Assembly (NCBI GenBank): GCA_043766615.1
Contig: JAYUHW010000337.1
Coordinates: forward strand, 1 to 57,646
Length of the DNA: 57,646 nucleotides
From: Fibrobacteria bacterium
GTDB taxonomy: Bacteria; Fibrobacterota; Fibrobacteria; UBA11236
Direction of reading: 5' to 3'
Shown here: piece after piece, positions 8,720-18,191 of the stretch
How positions within the stretch are numbered: position 1 is the stretch's first letter
Layout of the letters: each line of letters starts with the position of its first letter
Translations under genes and position numbers: made by a program
Notes under the pieces: generated by a model
Told to the model about the DNA's origin: nothing
The model's input: the letters and a program-made list of their open reading frames with translations, nothing else
The model's database searches: none

Positions 8720-9582
8720 AAAGTCTGTGGCGTTTAGCGCGTCCGTCACATTGGGTCAAGAATATTTTTGTATTGGCTGGAATTTTTTTCGCCCAAGATT
8801 GGCGGGACTCGGAAATTTTACTTCTGGCTCTTTCCGCATTTGTGGCTTTTTGCTTAGCTGCCAGCGCCGTTTATGCTTGTAATGATGTGTTCGATTTAGA
8901 AGAGGATCGCCATCATCCGCTTAAACGGCTGCGTCCGGTGGCCTCTGGGGAAGTGTCTGCTCCCTCTGCATTTGCTTTTGCTGCTGGACTTGCGGCGGCG
9001 GCGCTTGGCATCAGTTTATGGACGGGACCCAAGCTTTCCGCTGTCTTAGTGGCGTATATGTTGGTCAACTTATTCTATTCTCGGGTGCTCAAGCATATTG
9101 TGCTAGTGGATGTGTTTTGCATTGCTTTTGGATTCATCATCCGACTCTTGGCCGGCACCTGGGGCATTGGGATCCCGCCCTCGCAATGGTTTTTGCTTTG
9201 CACCATGGCCTTGAGTCTGTTCCTGGGTTTCTCGAAACGGTATGCAGAACGCATGGACACGCATCGGACTTTGGCGGAAAAGCGTCCCGTCCTGCAAAGT
9301 TATTCTCCCGAATTTCTGCGCCTCCTTTTGGCGGTCACTTTATCGGCAACACTCATCACCTATGGACTGTATACCACCAACATCCAGACGGTGGAAATTC
9401 ATCGTACCGGAAATCTCATCTACTCCTTGCCCATTGCCATGTTTGGTTTATTCCGATACCTTTATTTGGTGATGGAAAAAGGTTTTGGTGAAAATACGGT
9501 GGCGGATATTCTCAAAGATGGCGCCATGCTGAGCATCTGCGGTATTTATGTGGCTGTCGTGGCCTTGCTACTGGTTTATTGA
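8716..9582 (+). CDS. UbiA-family polyprenyl-phosphate phosphoribosyltransferase (decaprenyl-phosphate 5-phosphoribosyltransferase-like)
   Basis: GTGA start/stop overlap. HWVKNIFVLAGIFFA N-terminus, NDVFDLEEDRHHPLKRLRPVASGEVS (NDxxDxxxD prenyltransferase motif) and about eight TM segments. Confidence 0.8.
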   Translation: MKSLWRLARPSHWVKNIFVLAGIFFAQDWRDSEILLLALSAFVAFCLAASAVYACNDVFDLEEDRHHPLKRLRPVASGEVSAPSAFAFAAGLAAAALGISLWTGPKLSAVLVAYMLVNLFYSRVLKHIVLVDVFCIAFGFIIRLLAGTWGIGIPPSQWFLLCTMALSLFLGFSKRYAERMDTHRTLAEKRPVLQSYSPEFLRLLLAVTLSATLITYGLYTTNIQTVEIHRTGNLIYSLPIAMFGLFRYLYLVMEKGFGENTVADILKDGAMLSICGIYVAVVALLLVY

Positions 9583-9591
9583 AAGCCCGAT

Positions 9592-10899
9592 ATGATTCTT
9601 TCCTCCACCATACCTGGGCCATCGGAAAAACCGGCCCAGCGCCCTAATAAAAGCACAGCTCGGGTCTTGTGGGCGCTCTTTTCGCTGTTCATAGTCTATG
9701 GCACCACTTTTCCTTTTAGTTTCGATTTGGAAGCCTTGTCCATAACGGAAATGCAACGACGAGTCAATTGGAGTCCGTTCAGCGGACTGCCGGACATGGT
9801 ACAGAATATTCTCTTGTTCATGCCCTTCGGCTTTCTGGGGTACTTTTCCCTTATCCATAAAAGTTCCCGGCTACGAAAACTGGCCATTGTCCTCCTGGGT
9901 GCGGGCCTTAGCTTATCCGTTGAATTTCTGCAAATCTTTTCTGGGAACCGTTGGCCGGCTTTGGCGGACCTGCTTACTAATACAGCTGGAACAGCAGTGG
10001 GCTTGACCATGGGTCTCCTGCTCAAGAAATCAGTATTGGGTTTCAAGTCGCATCCGCTGAGCCGCCGGTTCTTAGATGCGCCGTCGGCTTTTCCCGCTTT
10101 GGTGTTTATCCTCCTGGTAGTAGCAGGAATTTGGGAACCCTTCGATTTTTCCTTGGATATCGGGGGCATCTGGAATCATGTCAAACCGATTTTGCACCAT
10201 CCCTTCCATTTCTCCTTGCCAGATGAAGATGTATTTGCCTGTATACAATTTCTGTTGGCTTCTCTCTTTCTGTGTAGGGTGTTCCAGGAATCGGGTTGGC
10301 ATCGGCCTGCCACGGCAGGCTTACTGGTGCTGTTCCTGGCCGGGATTAGTTTAGAAGCCAGTCAGTTCATCATTGTCTCGCGCTATCCGGAAGTGCAGGA
10401 CGTTCTGGTCGGCATGATGGGTACGACGCTAGGCGCGATACTTTTCCACTTTCCGGGATTCCGGGAACGCCCACGGATGTGGAGCCTGACCAGCGTACTG
10501 GGAATTTTTTCGGCCTCCATGGTTCGATCTTTACACCCCTTTCAATTTAAAACCAGCCCTACCCATTTTAACTGGATTCCGTTTCGGCCCCAATACGAGG
10601 CCACTACGGCTGCGGCCTTGGGTAACTTCTTGGCGAATGGGATGGTTTATTTTCCGATAGGGTTCCTGATTGGGTACTTTTTTCCAAAAGCAAGGCAAGC
10701 TACAAATGTGGCACTTATCATTTCCGGATGTATTGCTCTGATTTTGGAAACCGCGCAAGGCTGGGTCGTAGGGCGTTACTCGGATGTTACCTCGGTATTT
10801 GGAGCATTGTTGGGAAGCCTTCTGGGCAGCTTAGTATTGACCCGGGGTTGGCCGGCCTTTACGGAATATATGCGTCAAGATGAGGACCAGCAGGTTTGA
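9592..10899 (+). CDS. Polytopic membrane protein made of three tandem VanZ-like repeats
   Basis: About 12 TM segments. The VanZ-type motif E-x2-Q-x6-R-x5/6-D-x6/7-G occurs three times: SVEFLQIFSGNRWPALADLLTNTAGTAVG, SLEASQFIIVSRYPEVQDVLVGMMGTTLG and ILETAQGWVVGRYSDVTSVFGALLGSLLG. Confidence 0.65.
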   Translation: MILSSTIPGPSEKPAQRPNKSTARVLWALFSLFIVYGTTFPFSFDLEALSITEMQRRVNWSPFSGLPDMVQNILLFMPFGFLGYFSLIHKSSRLRKLAIVLLGAGLSLSVEFLQIFSGNRWPALADLLTNTAGTAVGLTMGLLLKKSVLGFKSHPLSRRFLDAPSAFPALVFILLVVAGIWEPFDFSLDIGGIWNHVKPILHHPFHFSLPDEDVFACIQFLLASLFLCRVFQESGWHRPATAGLLVLFLAGISLEASQFIIVSRYPEVQDVLVGMMGTTLGAILFHFPGFRERPRMWSLTSVLGIFSASMVRSLHPFQFKTSPTHFNWIPFRPQYEATTAAALGNFLANGMVYFPIGFLIGYFFPKARQATNVALIISGCIALILETAQGWVVGRYSDVTSVFGALLGSLLGSLVLTRGWPAFTEYMRQDEDQQV

Positions 10900-10917
10900 A
10901 GTAGGATTGGATTCAGC

Positions 10918-12117
10918 ATGAAATCGGATATACTGATCACGGGTGGCGGAATCGTGGGGCTGGCCACTGCCTGGCACCTCTTACAGCGTTTTCCGGATCG
11001 AAAAGTGCTGGTGTTGGAAAAAGAAGGTGGAATAGCGCGCCATCAAACTGGGCACAACAGCGGCGTCATCCACTCCGGCATTTATTACAAACCCGGAAGC
11101 TACAAGGCCAAACTTTGTCGCACCGGGTATGTGGATATGGTGGCATTCTGTAGAGAAAATCAGGTGCCATTTGAATTGTGTGGCAAATTGGTGTTGGCCA
11201 CATCTCCTGCAGAATTGCCCATGCTCGCTACGTTGCGCCAAAAAGCGGAAGCCAACGGGCTGGTAGGCGTTACTGAGTTGGCGGCCGAAGCGATTGCCGA
11301 GGTTGAGCCCCATGCAGTAGGACTTCGTGCGCTGCGTGTCCCAGAAACTGGCATTGTCGATTATGTGCGGGTGTGTGAAAAGCTGGTGGAAAAGATTAAG
11401 GCCAATGGTGGTGAGATCCATCTAAGCACCCGTGTGGAAGCCCTTCGCAATGTGCCGCATGGAAAAGTCGTCCGAACCGGAGAAGGTGAATTCGAAACGG
11501 AATTTTTCATCAATTGCGGTGGCTTGATGAGCGACCGCGTCGCCAGACTCGATGGGCTAGAGCCGGGTATCAGCATCGTTCCCTTTCGCGGGGAATACTT
11601 TGATCTGGTGCCGGCGGCGCAGGGGTTGGTAAAAAACCTTATTTATCCGGTGCCGGATCCAGCCTTTCCTTTTTTGGGGGTACATTTTACGCGCATGATA
11701 GGCGGCGGCATCGAGTGCGGGCCCAACGCAGTGTTGGCATTCGAGCGCGAAGGTTATAAAAAAACGGACTTCAATCTAAAGGATCTCGTGGAGATTTTAG
11801 CGAATCCCGGTTTCCGCAAATTGGCCGGAAAGCATTGGCGGATGGGCCTCGGGGAGTTTCACCGCTCCTTTTCCAAGTCTGCGTTTGTAAAAGCGCTGCA
11901 GCACCTGGTTCCCTCTATTACTTCGAAAGGTCTGGTACCCGCTGGCTCGGGTGTGCGCGCGCAGGCATTGCGTCCGGACGGCTCACTTGTCGACGACTTC
12001 TTTTTTGCAGAAGGGGAACGCAGCCTGCATGTGTTGAATGCCCCATCCCCAGCTGCCACGGCTTCGCTGGCGATTGGAAAGGAAATCGTATCGCGTTATG
12101 CTGCACGAAAGGCTTGA
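10918..12117 (+). CDS. lhgO: L-2-hydroxyglutarate oxidase (FAD-dependent)
   Basis: DILITGGGIVGLATAWHL dinucleotide-binding motif followed by RHQTGHNSGVIHSGIYYKPGSYKAKLC, which is characteristic of LhgO/YgaF. Confidence 0.85.
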   Translation: MKSDILITGGGIVGLATAWHLLQRFPDRKVLVLEKEGGIARHQTGHNSGVIHSGIYYKPGSYKAKLCRTGYVDMVAFCRENQVPFELCGKLVLATSPAELPMLATLRQKAEANGLVGVTELAAEAIAEVEPHAVGLRALRVPETGIVDYVRVCEKLVEKIKANGGEIHLSTRVEALRNVPHGKVVRTGEGEFETEFFINCGGLMSDRVARLDGLEPGISIVPFRGEYFDLVPAAQGLVKNLIYPVPDPAFPFLGVHFTRMIGGGIECGPNAVLAFEREGYKKTDFNLKDLVEILANPGFRKLAGKHWRMGLGEFHRSFSKSAFVKALQHLVPSITSKGLVPAGSGVRAQALRPDGSLVDDFFFAEGERSLHVLNAPSPAATASLAIGKEIVSRYAARKA

Positions 12118-12144
12118 AATGTCATTGGCACGGTGAAGGTGAGA

Positions 12145-13326
12145 TCACCTGGTACCAAAAAGCGGCAGCAAGCCACCAGAGAGATTGGCCTGCCAGGAAA
12201 GATTGGAAGTAATATGAGCGCGGGCTGCCTGTCCCATCTCTGCAACCAGCGCCGGGTTTCCGAGCAGTTTTTCCACGCAGGTCCGGAAGGCTTCCGCCTC
12301 TTCGGCAATGAGCAAATCCCGACCCGCTTCAGCATGGATACCGCCCAAGGCTTTGGGACTTACAACCACTGCTTTTCCGCAGGCCATGGCTTCGAGCACC
12401 TTGTTCTGCATTCCCCTGGCGATGCGGAGGGGAACCACTACCACATGGGCCTTGGCTTGTTCTTGGCGCATGTCCTCGACGAATCCTGTGACCGTAACAC
12501 CTTCGATACGGCCGAGAGCCTTTACCTTGTGACTGGGGTTGCTGCCCGCAATGATGAACCGGGCCTGGGGAAAAGTTTTCCGCAATGAAGGGAAAACTTC
12601 CTGCGCGAACCAGGACACACCCTCTTCATTGGGAAAATAGTCCATGGCGCCGGTGAATAGGATTCTTCCCGGCTCATAGGGTTCTGGACGGGGGGAAAAG
12701 AAGGAGGTATCCACGCCGTTACCCATGGAAAAAAGTTGGCCTTGGCCACCCAAATCCTGAAACAATTTTAGTTCGGCAGGAGTGATTAAAAAAGCGGCCA
12801 AGGCGGACTTGGACACTTTTTTTTCAAATGCCAGCATCCGCAGCGACTCCAGTTTATAAAACCAGGCTAGGTAAAACGGCATGCGTTCAGCGTAATTGTC
12901 CCACTTATGGGAATCAACATCGCAGAAATCAATGACAGTTCGACTGAGAAGTGATACAGGAATATATTGGGCCATTTGGCCGGAAAAAATGAAGATCTTT
13001 TCATGAGCGTGTTCGGCCAAGAGCTTATGGATAGCGCGCTGCATGCCCCCATGCGTATAGAGGGCTACGCTTAAAGGTTTTCGCAAGATAAAACCCGAGA
13101 TCATTTTCGCCAGTTTAAACCAGGGACTTCGCTCGAATACCGACACGGTTTTGCAAATGGCCCCAAGTTTGGCCAGGTAATTTTTATCCAAAGGGGAATC
13201 GATAAAACAGACAAGGTCGATTTCAAAATACTGCGATAGGTAAAGCAATTCATGGTAGGAGCGGATCTTGTCGCCCTTGTTTGGTGGGTAAGGGATGCGA
13301 TGAGCAATAAAAAGGAGTCGGGTCAT
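12145..13326 (-). CDS. Glycosyltransferase of the PEP-CTERM/EpsH1-system-associated sugar transferase type
   Basis: N-terminus MTRLLFIAHRIPYPPNKGDKIRSYHELLYL is typical of that family. C-terminal GT-B region PLRIARGMQNKVLEAMACGKAVV. Confidence 0.8.
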   Translation of the reverse strand: MTRLLFIAHRIPYPPNKGDKIRSYHELLYLSQYFEIDLVCFIDSPLDKNYLAKLGAICKTVSVFERSPWFKLAKMISGFILRKPLSVALYTHGGMQRAIHKLLAEHAHEKIFIFSGQMAQYIPVSLLSRTVIDFCDVDSHKWDNYAERMPFYLAWFYKLESLRMLAFEKKVSKSALAAFLITPAELKLFQDLGGQGQLFSMGNGVDTSFFSPRPEPYEPGRILFTGAMDYFPNEEGVSWFAQEVFPSLRKTFPQARFIIAGSNPSHKVKALGRIEGVTVTGFVEDMRQEQAKAHVVVVPLRIARGMQNKVLEAMACGKAVVVSPKALGGIHAEAGRDLLIAEEAEAFRTCVEKLLGNPALVAEMGQAARAHITSNLSWQANLSGGLLPLFGTR

Positions 13327-14366
13327 GGCAAGAATCGATTGAGTAGGGGGCCAACTATTTTAGAGGTCCATAGCGGCTGCCGGGACCAAAGCTTTAGGAA
13401 TAGGGCGAGCTTGGGATTGGATGGGTTGAAATCCGGCAGGTGGGTCTGGGTATTGAAAATATATTGGAAGGGCAGTGTATAGGGTTCGAATCCCATGTTC
13501 TTTTTGAAATCAAACGAGCCACTGCCGCGCCGGCTCTTGCCGAAATCGAATTCCCGACAACCTCGTTTAAGCCCGTGGCACATTAAGGCGTAATACATGT
13601 AATTGTTGGCACCGGTGGATCCGGCTTCATTCAGAGAACCGGAAAAATAAGGATTGCAGATATTCTTGAAATAGAAGGTCATGACGCCACAGAGAGCCCG
13701 ACCATTTTGCATTACAAAGAGGATATCCGCGTGTTCGCCCATCTCCTCCATGATGATGCGGAAGAAGGATTTAGGAAAAGCCGGCGTTCCCAGTTTTTTG
13801 AGATTGATGGCGGAAAGCTCCCACAAGCGTTCCCAATCTTTATTGATGATATAGGTCAAGCCGTAATTGGTCATAGCCTTTCTCACTGTGGCGCGAGATT
13901 TACGCGGGATGGATTCCAGACAAGCTGCTTCACTTGCTGGCAGAGCCTTGGCAAATTTTACGTGAAGATCCGTGCCCGGCAAGTTGAGCCCAGTTGGATG
14001 GGTGTTGCGCAGATGCACCATGCCCGCATTCGTTTGTTGCGCGAGCCTCGTGCACTCTCCCTGCAGCACTTCCGAGGTGGCCGAATTGTCTGTGAGCATG
14101 CCTCCGTAGGCGGTATAGGGGAGCGAGTACAAGCTAGTCCGCCCCGACAGTCCACGCACCCGGCTCAGACTCACGACTCCGCGGACCTGGCTGCTTTCGA
14201 GGGAAGCAATATGGTAGTAGGGGCGGCGAAAACTTTTCCAAAGGATATCCAACCAGCGAGTGGTGTGGAATACAGTCCCGGCAGGATGGTTTTCCACAAA
14301 TGCGTCCCAGGCGCTCCGGGCAGTAACTGGCATTGGATTTTCCTGGGTCCAAATCTGGAGAGGCAC
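13323..14366 (-). CDS. FemAB-family (GNAT-fold) protein, PEP-CTERM-system-associated type
   Basis: WDAFVENHPAGTVFHTTRWLDILWKSF and FDFGKSRRGSGSFDFKKNMGFEP resemble the FemAB-like exosortase-locus family. ATGA overlap with the downstream glycosyltransferase. Alternative start at 14333. Confidence 0.7.
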   Translation of the reverse strand: MPLQIWTQENPMPVTARSAWDAFVENHPAGTVFHTTRWLDILWKSFRRPYYHIASLESSQVRGVVSLSRVRGLSGRTSLYSLPYTAYGGMLTDNSATSEVLQGECTRLAQQTNAGMVHLRNTHPTGLNLPGTDLHVKFAKALPASEAACLESIPRKSRATVRKAMTNYGLTYIINKDWERLWELSAINLKKLGTPAFPKSFFRIIMEEMGEHADILFVMQNGRALCGVMTFYFKNICNPYFSGSLNEAGSTGANNYMYYALMCHGLKRGCREFDFGKSRRGSGSFDFKKNMGFEPYTLPFQYIFNTQTHLPDFNPSNPKLALFLKLWSRQPLWTSKIVGPLLNRFLP

Positions 14367-14602
14367 GGGGAGTTCCTGGGGAAAAGTGGTCGAACTTGAA
14401 ATTGAACAATATCAAGGAGAATAGGAAAGATCAAAAGCGGCATGTTTCCAGATTATTATTTCCATGTTTGTCGAAATTGTTTACAGCGTCGTATCACAAA
14501 CCGAAATTCCTGAAGGAACCAAGTGAAGGGAAGTTGTTGAGAGAGTTCAAAAATCCTAACTTTTCACTTACCCGGCAGAAAATTACGGATCGAGGTAGAC
14601 GA

Positions 14603-15313
14603 ATGGCCAATAGAATGAATGTTTGGTGGGCAGGACGCCGGATAATTCTGGCTCTAGTCCTGACAGCTTCTTCTACTGTTCTGCTTCAGGCGGAGGTCAA
14701 AACTCATTTCAGCGAGGAGCGATTCGTCGCCGGCGAAGCCATGCTGCTGGAAGTGCCTCTCGACTCTACTTCCATTCTAAAAGGTGGCTATCCTATTGAC
14801 TCTGCCGGATTCGCGGACCTTCCCGTTTTGGGACTGCTTGAGGTGGGAGGTAAGACCCGAGCAGAGGTGGAAGAGTACCTGGGCCTAAAACTTGCAAATT
14901 ATCTGCGGGACACGCATATTCGGGCCCAACCAGCTATCCGTCTAACACTCCTGGGGTTTTGGACTCGGCAGGGACAGTACTATGTGAGCCCCAAAGCCAC
15001 AGTTTGGGACGCGGCTTATCTGGCTGGGGGCATGGCCGGGGAGCGCACGCTGGATAAAATTACAGTCAGACGAGGCGAACAGATATTGAAGATCAGTTTT
15101 CTCGATGAATATTCCCGAGGTAGGACTTTAGAATCGGCCGGAATACACTCTGGAGATATTTTCGTCATGCCCGTGCCCAGAGACAATACCGGAGCCTGGT
15201 ACTGGTTCACGCAGTCCTTGACAGTGACCGCCCAAGTTGCGACTATCGCTAGCACCCTGCTCACGGTATATATCACCTACTACTTCTTGGATAACAACAC
15301 CGCACCCCGCTAA
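14603..15313 (+). CDS. Small polysaccharide export protein (Wza/Poly_export-like, PEP-CTERM-locus type)
   Basis: ATG 14603 preceded by GAGGT. Signal peptide RRIILALVLTASSTVLLQAE, Poly_export-like GGYPIDSAGFADLPVLGLLEVGGKTRAEVEEYL, and a C-terminal hydrophobic helix. The ORF-track start at 14333 would overlap the divergent femAB-like gene. Confidence 0.75.
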   Translation: MANRMNVWWAGRRIILALVLTASSTVLLQAEVKTHFSEERFVAGEAMLLEVPLDSTSILKGGYPIDSAGFADLPVLGLLEVGGKTRAEVEEYLGLKLANYLRDTHIRAQPAIRLTLLGFWTRQGQYYVSPKATVWDAAYLAGGMAGERTLDKITVRRGEQILKISFLDEYSRGRTLESAGIHSGDIFVMPVPRDNTGAWYWFTQSLTVTAQVATIASTLLTVYITYYFLDNNTAPR

Positions 15314-15334
15314 TGGGTCGGAATGGAACATTGC

Positions 15335-17287
15335 ATGTGTGGCATAGCCGGTAGTATCAACCGAGAGGGTCGCACGCCTGAACAAGGCGTTCTGCAGGCC
15401 ATGACACGAGCCTTGACCCATCGCGGTCCGGATGAAGAAGGGTACCATATTCGGGAAGGCGTGGGGCTGGGCCAGCGCCGCCTCAGCATCATCGATCTTT
15501 CCGGGGGCCGGCAGCCGATTTACAATGAAGACGGCAGCCTCTGCGTTGTTTTCAACGGAGAGATCTTCAACTACATCGAACTCCGCGAAATTCTCATCAA
15601 ACACGGCCATGCCTTTGCCACGCATACGGACACGGAAGTTATTGTGCATGCCTATGAGCAGTATGGCATGGATTTCCTCAACCATTTGAACGGCCAATTC
15701 GCCATCGCCCTGTGGGATGCGAAAAAACAGAAATTGATCCTGGCCCGGGACCGCGTAGGCATCCGTCCGCTTTTTTATGCCACGGCTCCGGACGGGGCGC
15801 TTATTTTTGCATCAGAAATTAAATCCCTCTTTCAATATCCCGGTATGCGCGCCGAAATCGATCCCGCCGGAGTGGGCCAAACCTTCACCTTATGGGTCAG
15901 CGTTCCACCCCGCACCGTGTTCAAGGGCATCCAGGAATTGCCGCCCGGCCGTTACCTTACCGCTACCCCAGAAGCCGTGCACATCCACCAGTATTGGCAT
16001 TACCGCTTTCCGGATGCGGGTGAATACGAAGACAAGCCCATTGAGTATTTCACCGAAAGGCTCACGGAAATCCTGTACGATGCCACCACCCTGCAGCTTA
16101 GAGCCGACGTGCCGGTGGCCGCCTATCTAAGTGGTGGTATCGACTCGTCCATCATCTCGGCCTTGGTCAAGAAACACCACAACAATTCTCTCATCACGTT
16201 TTCCGTGGCCTTCAAGGATGCCGCCTATGACGAGCGCCCCTATCAGATGGAGATGGTGGAGTATCTCAAAACCGATCACCGCATGATAGAAATGGATTAT
16301 CCGGAAATCGGCACCGCTTTTTCGGACGTGATGTGGTATGCTGAACGCCCCATGATCCGCACCGCACCGGCGCCACTGCTCAGACTCTCGGGTCTGGTCC
16401 GAAAAAACGGCATAAAGGTGGTGCTCACGGGCGAGGGTGCTGATGAGATCTTCGGGGGTTACAATATTTTCCGTGAAGACAAAGTACGTAGATTCTGGGC
16501 CAGGCAACCGGATTCAAAATTCCGGCCACAGCTGATTTCGTCCCTGTACCATTACATCAACAAAAACCCCCAGGCCCAGGCTTTCTGGCGCATGTTCTTC
16601 AAAAAGGGACTGACCGATACGGGTAATCCATATTACTCCCATCTTATCCGTTGGAACAATACTTCGCAGCTGAAAGGGATCTTCGCCGACTCGTTCCGCG
16701 ACCAGATGGGAACGGAGGAGGAGATACTGGAGGATGTAGCTGCTTATCTGGATCCGGAAATGAAACGTTGGGATCCCCTATGTCGGGCCCAGTATCTGGA
16801 AATGGATTTGTTCATGTCCGGCTATCTGCTTTGCTCACAAGGCGACCGCATGATGATGGGCAATTCCGTGGAGGGGCGCTTTCCTTTCCTGGATCATCGC
16901 GTGATCGAATTTGCCGCCACCATTCCGCCCAAGTATAAGATCAAAATTCTGACGGAAAAGCATGTGCTCAAGAAGGCCTACGAGAAGCTGCTTCCGGAAC
17001 GGATTGTAAACCGTCCCAAGCAGCCCTACCGCGCACCCATCAGCCAATGCTTCATTGAAGGCGGTAATTTGTCGGCCGACTTGCTCACACCGGACAAGCT
17101 CAAGGAGTACGGCTACTTCAACGTGGAGCAGGCTGATAGGCTTATCTCCAAGGCGCGCAAGAATGCGGAGAAGCAGATCAGCGCCCGTGACGACATGGCC
17201 ATGGTGGCCATGGTATCCATGCAGTTGCTACACCATCATTTCATTCGTCCGGAAGCAAAGGGAGAGAATTCCCCTCCCTCTAAATGA
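15335..17287 (+). CDS. asnB: Asparagine synthase family amidotransferase (glutamine-hydrolysing), paralog 1
   Basis: An Ntn glutaminase needs Cys2, so the start is MCGIAGSI at 15335. PP-loop AYLSGGIDSSIISALV. About 650 aa. Confidence 0.9.
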   Translation: MCGIAGSINREGRTPEQGVLQAMTRALTHRGPDEEGYHIREGVGLGQRRLSIIDLSGGRQPIYNEDGSLCVVFNGEIFNYIELREILIKHGHAFATHTDTEVIVHAYEQYGMDFLNHLNGQFAIALWDAKKQKLILARDRVGIRPLFYATAPDGALIFASEIKSLFQYPGMRAEIDPAGVGQTFTLWVSVPPRTVFKGIQELPPGRYLTATPEAVHIHQYWHYRFPDAGEYEDKPIEYFTERLTEILYDATTLQLRADVPVAAYLSGGIDSSIISALVKKHHNNSLITFSVAFKDAAYDERPYQMEMVEYLKTDHRMIEMDYPEIGTAFSDVMWYAERPMIRTAPAPLLRLSGLVRKNGIKVVLTGEGADEIFGGYNIFREDKVRRFWARQPDSKFRPQLISSLYHYINKNPQAQAFWRMFFKKGLTDTGNPYYSHLIRWNNTSQLKGIFADSFRDQMGTEEEILEDVAAYLDPEMKRWDPLCRAQYLEMDLFMSGYLLCSQGDRMMMGNSVEGRFPFLDHRVIEFAATIPPKYKIKILTEKHVLKKAYEKLLPERIVNRPKQPYRAPISQCFIEGGNLSADLLTPDKLKEYGYFNVEQADRLISKARKNAEKQISARDDMAMVAMVSMQLLHHHFIRPEAKGENSPPSK

Positions 17288-17291
17288 GCAC

Positions 17292-18191
17292 CTAAACCCG
17301 CATAGCCGAGAGGGCGCGGATGTCTCCGACTTCGTCCGGCCAGGTTTCCACCTCAGTCAAGTCCGGGTTTTTCGCCAATTGAGCCGCCAAGGCCTTACCT
17401 TGGCCGAGTCCCACTTCAAAACACATGTAGGACCCGGATCTTAAAAAGCGTGGCGCATTTTTGAGAAACTTGGTCAAAATGGAAATGCCGAATACTCCGC
17501 CGTTGAAAGCCAGCTGCGGCTCGAAAGCGGAAATCTCCCTTGCCATGGCCGATACCTTTGCCGTGGAAATATAGGGTGGATTGCAGCTCAGTAAATCAAC
17601 CTGCCCCAGAAAATCCGGTGACTCGAAAGGGACGAGAAGATCGCCTTGCCGGAATTCAGTACGGTCCGAAAGGCCCGTGAACTCGCGGTTGCGGTTGGCC
17701 AGATCCACCGCTTCCTGGGAAAGGTCAGCGCCGTAAACGCGCGCCTTGGGTTCATGGTATGCGTAGGCCAGGGCTAGATTACCGCTGCCCGTACACACGT
17801 CCACCACCAGCGCTTGACCGCGGCTTTGCACCAAGGTCTTGAGTTTGGCCAGCGCGGCTAGGCCCACGATTTCCGTCTCACGGCGCGGAATAAGCGCACC
17901 GGGTCCGGCGATGAGCTCCAATCCGAGAAAACTCTGCCGCTCAGTCAAATGCCCAAGCGGTATCCCGGATTTCTTTTTCTCTAATAGTTCGCGAAGCGCT
18001 GCGGCGGCCGGTTCGTTTAAATCATGGAGAGGCGTTTGTCCGGCTTTGACTACGGATACCTGGTTGCCGGAAGCTTTGAGCCATAGGGCCTTGAGCACGG
18101 CATCGACAGTCTCCTCGGGCTTGTCGGGCAAGGGTTGCCAAAAAGCTTGGACTTCGGCCAGTAGGTCCGGATATTGGGAAACGGCTATCAT
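17292..18191 (-). CDS. HemK/PrmC-family SAM-dependent methyltransferase (NPPY class)
   Basis: LIPRRETE, SAM motif VDVCTGSGNLAL, the NPPY tetrapeptide (SCNPPYIS) and FEPQLAFNGG. ATGA overlap with the upstream ligase gene. Confidence 0.75.
   Translation of the reverse strand: MIAVSQYPDLLAEVQAFWQPLPDKPEETVDAVLKALWLKASGNQVSVVKAGQTPLHDLNEPAAAALRELLEKKKSGIPLGHLTERQSFLGLELIAGPGALIPRRETEIVGLAALAKLKTLVQSRGQALVVDVCTGSGNLALAYAYHEPKARVYGADLSQEAVDLANRNREFTGLSDRTEFRQGDLLVPFESPDFLGQVDLLSCNPPYISTAKVSAMAREISAFEPQLAFNGGVFGISILTKFLKNAPRFLRSGSYMCFEVGLGQGKALAAQLAKNPDLTEVETWPDEVGDIRALSAMRV

Noticed and set aside
13481-13495. GGGTTCGAATCCC, which looks like a tRNA T-arm and loop
   Set aside because: Only a 3-bp stem is possible. 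There is no D-arm, anticodon arm or acceptor pairing in the preceding ~70 nt. It lies inside the well-supported femAB-like CDS (it encodes GFEP on the minus strand).
14333-14602. Upstream extension of the export-protein ORF
   Set aside because: It would overlap the divergent femAB-like gene start. The extension is lysine-rich and non-hydrophobic, whereas ATG 14603 has a GAGGT Shine-Dalgarno sequence and is followed at once by a signal peptide.
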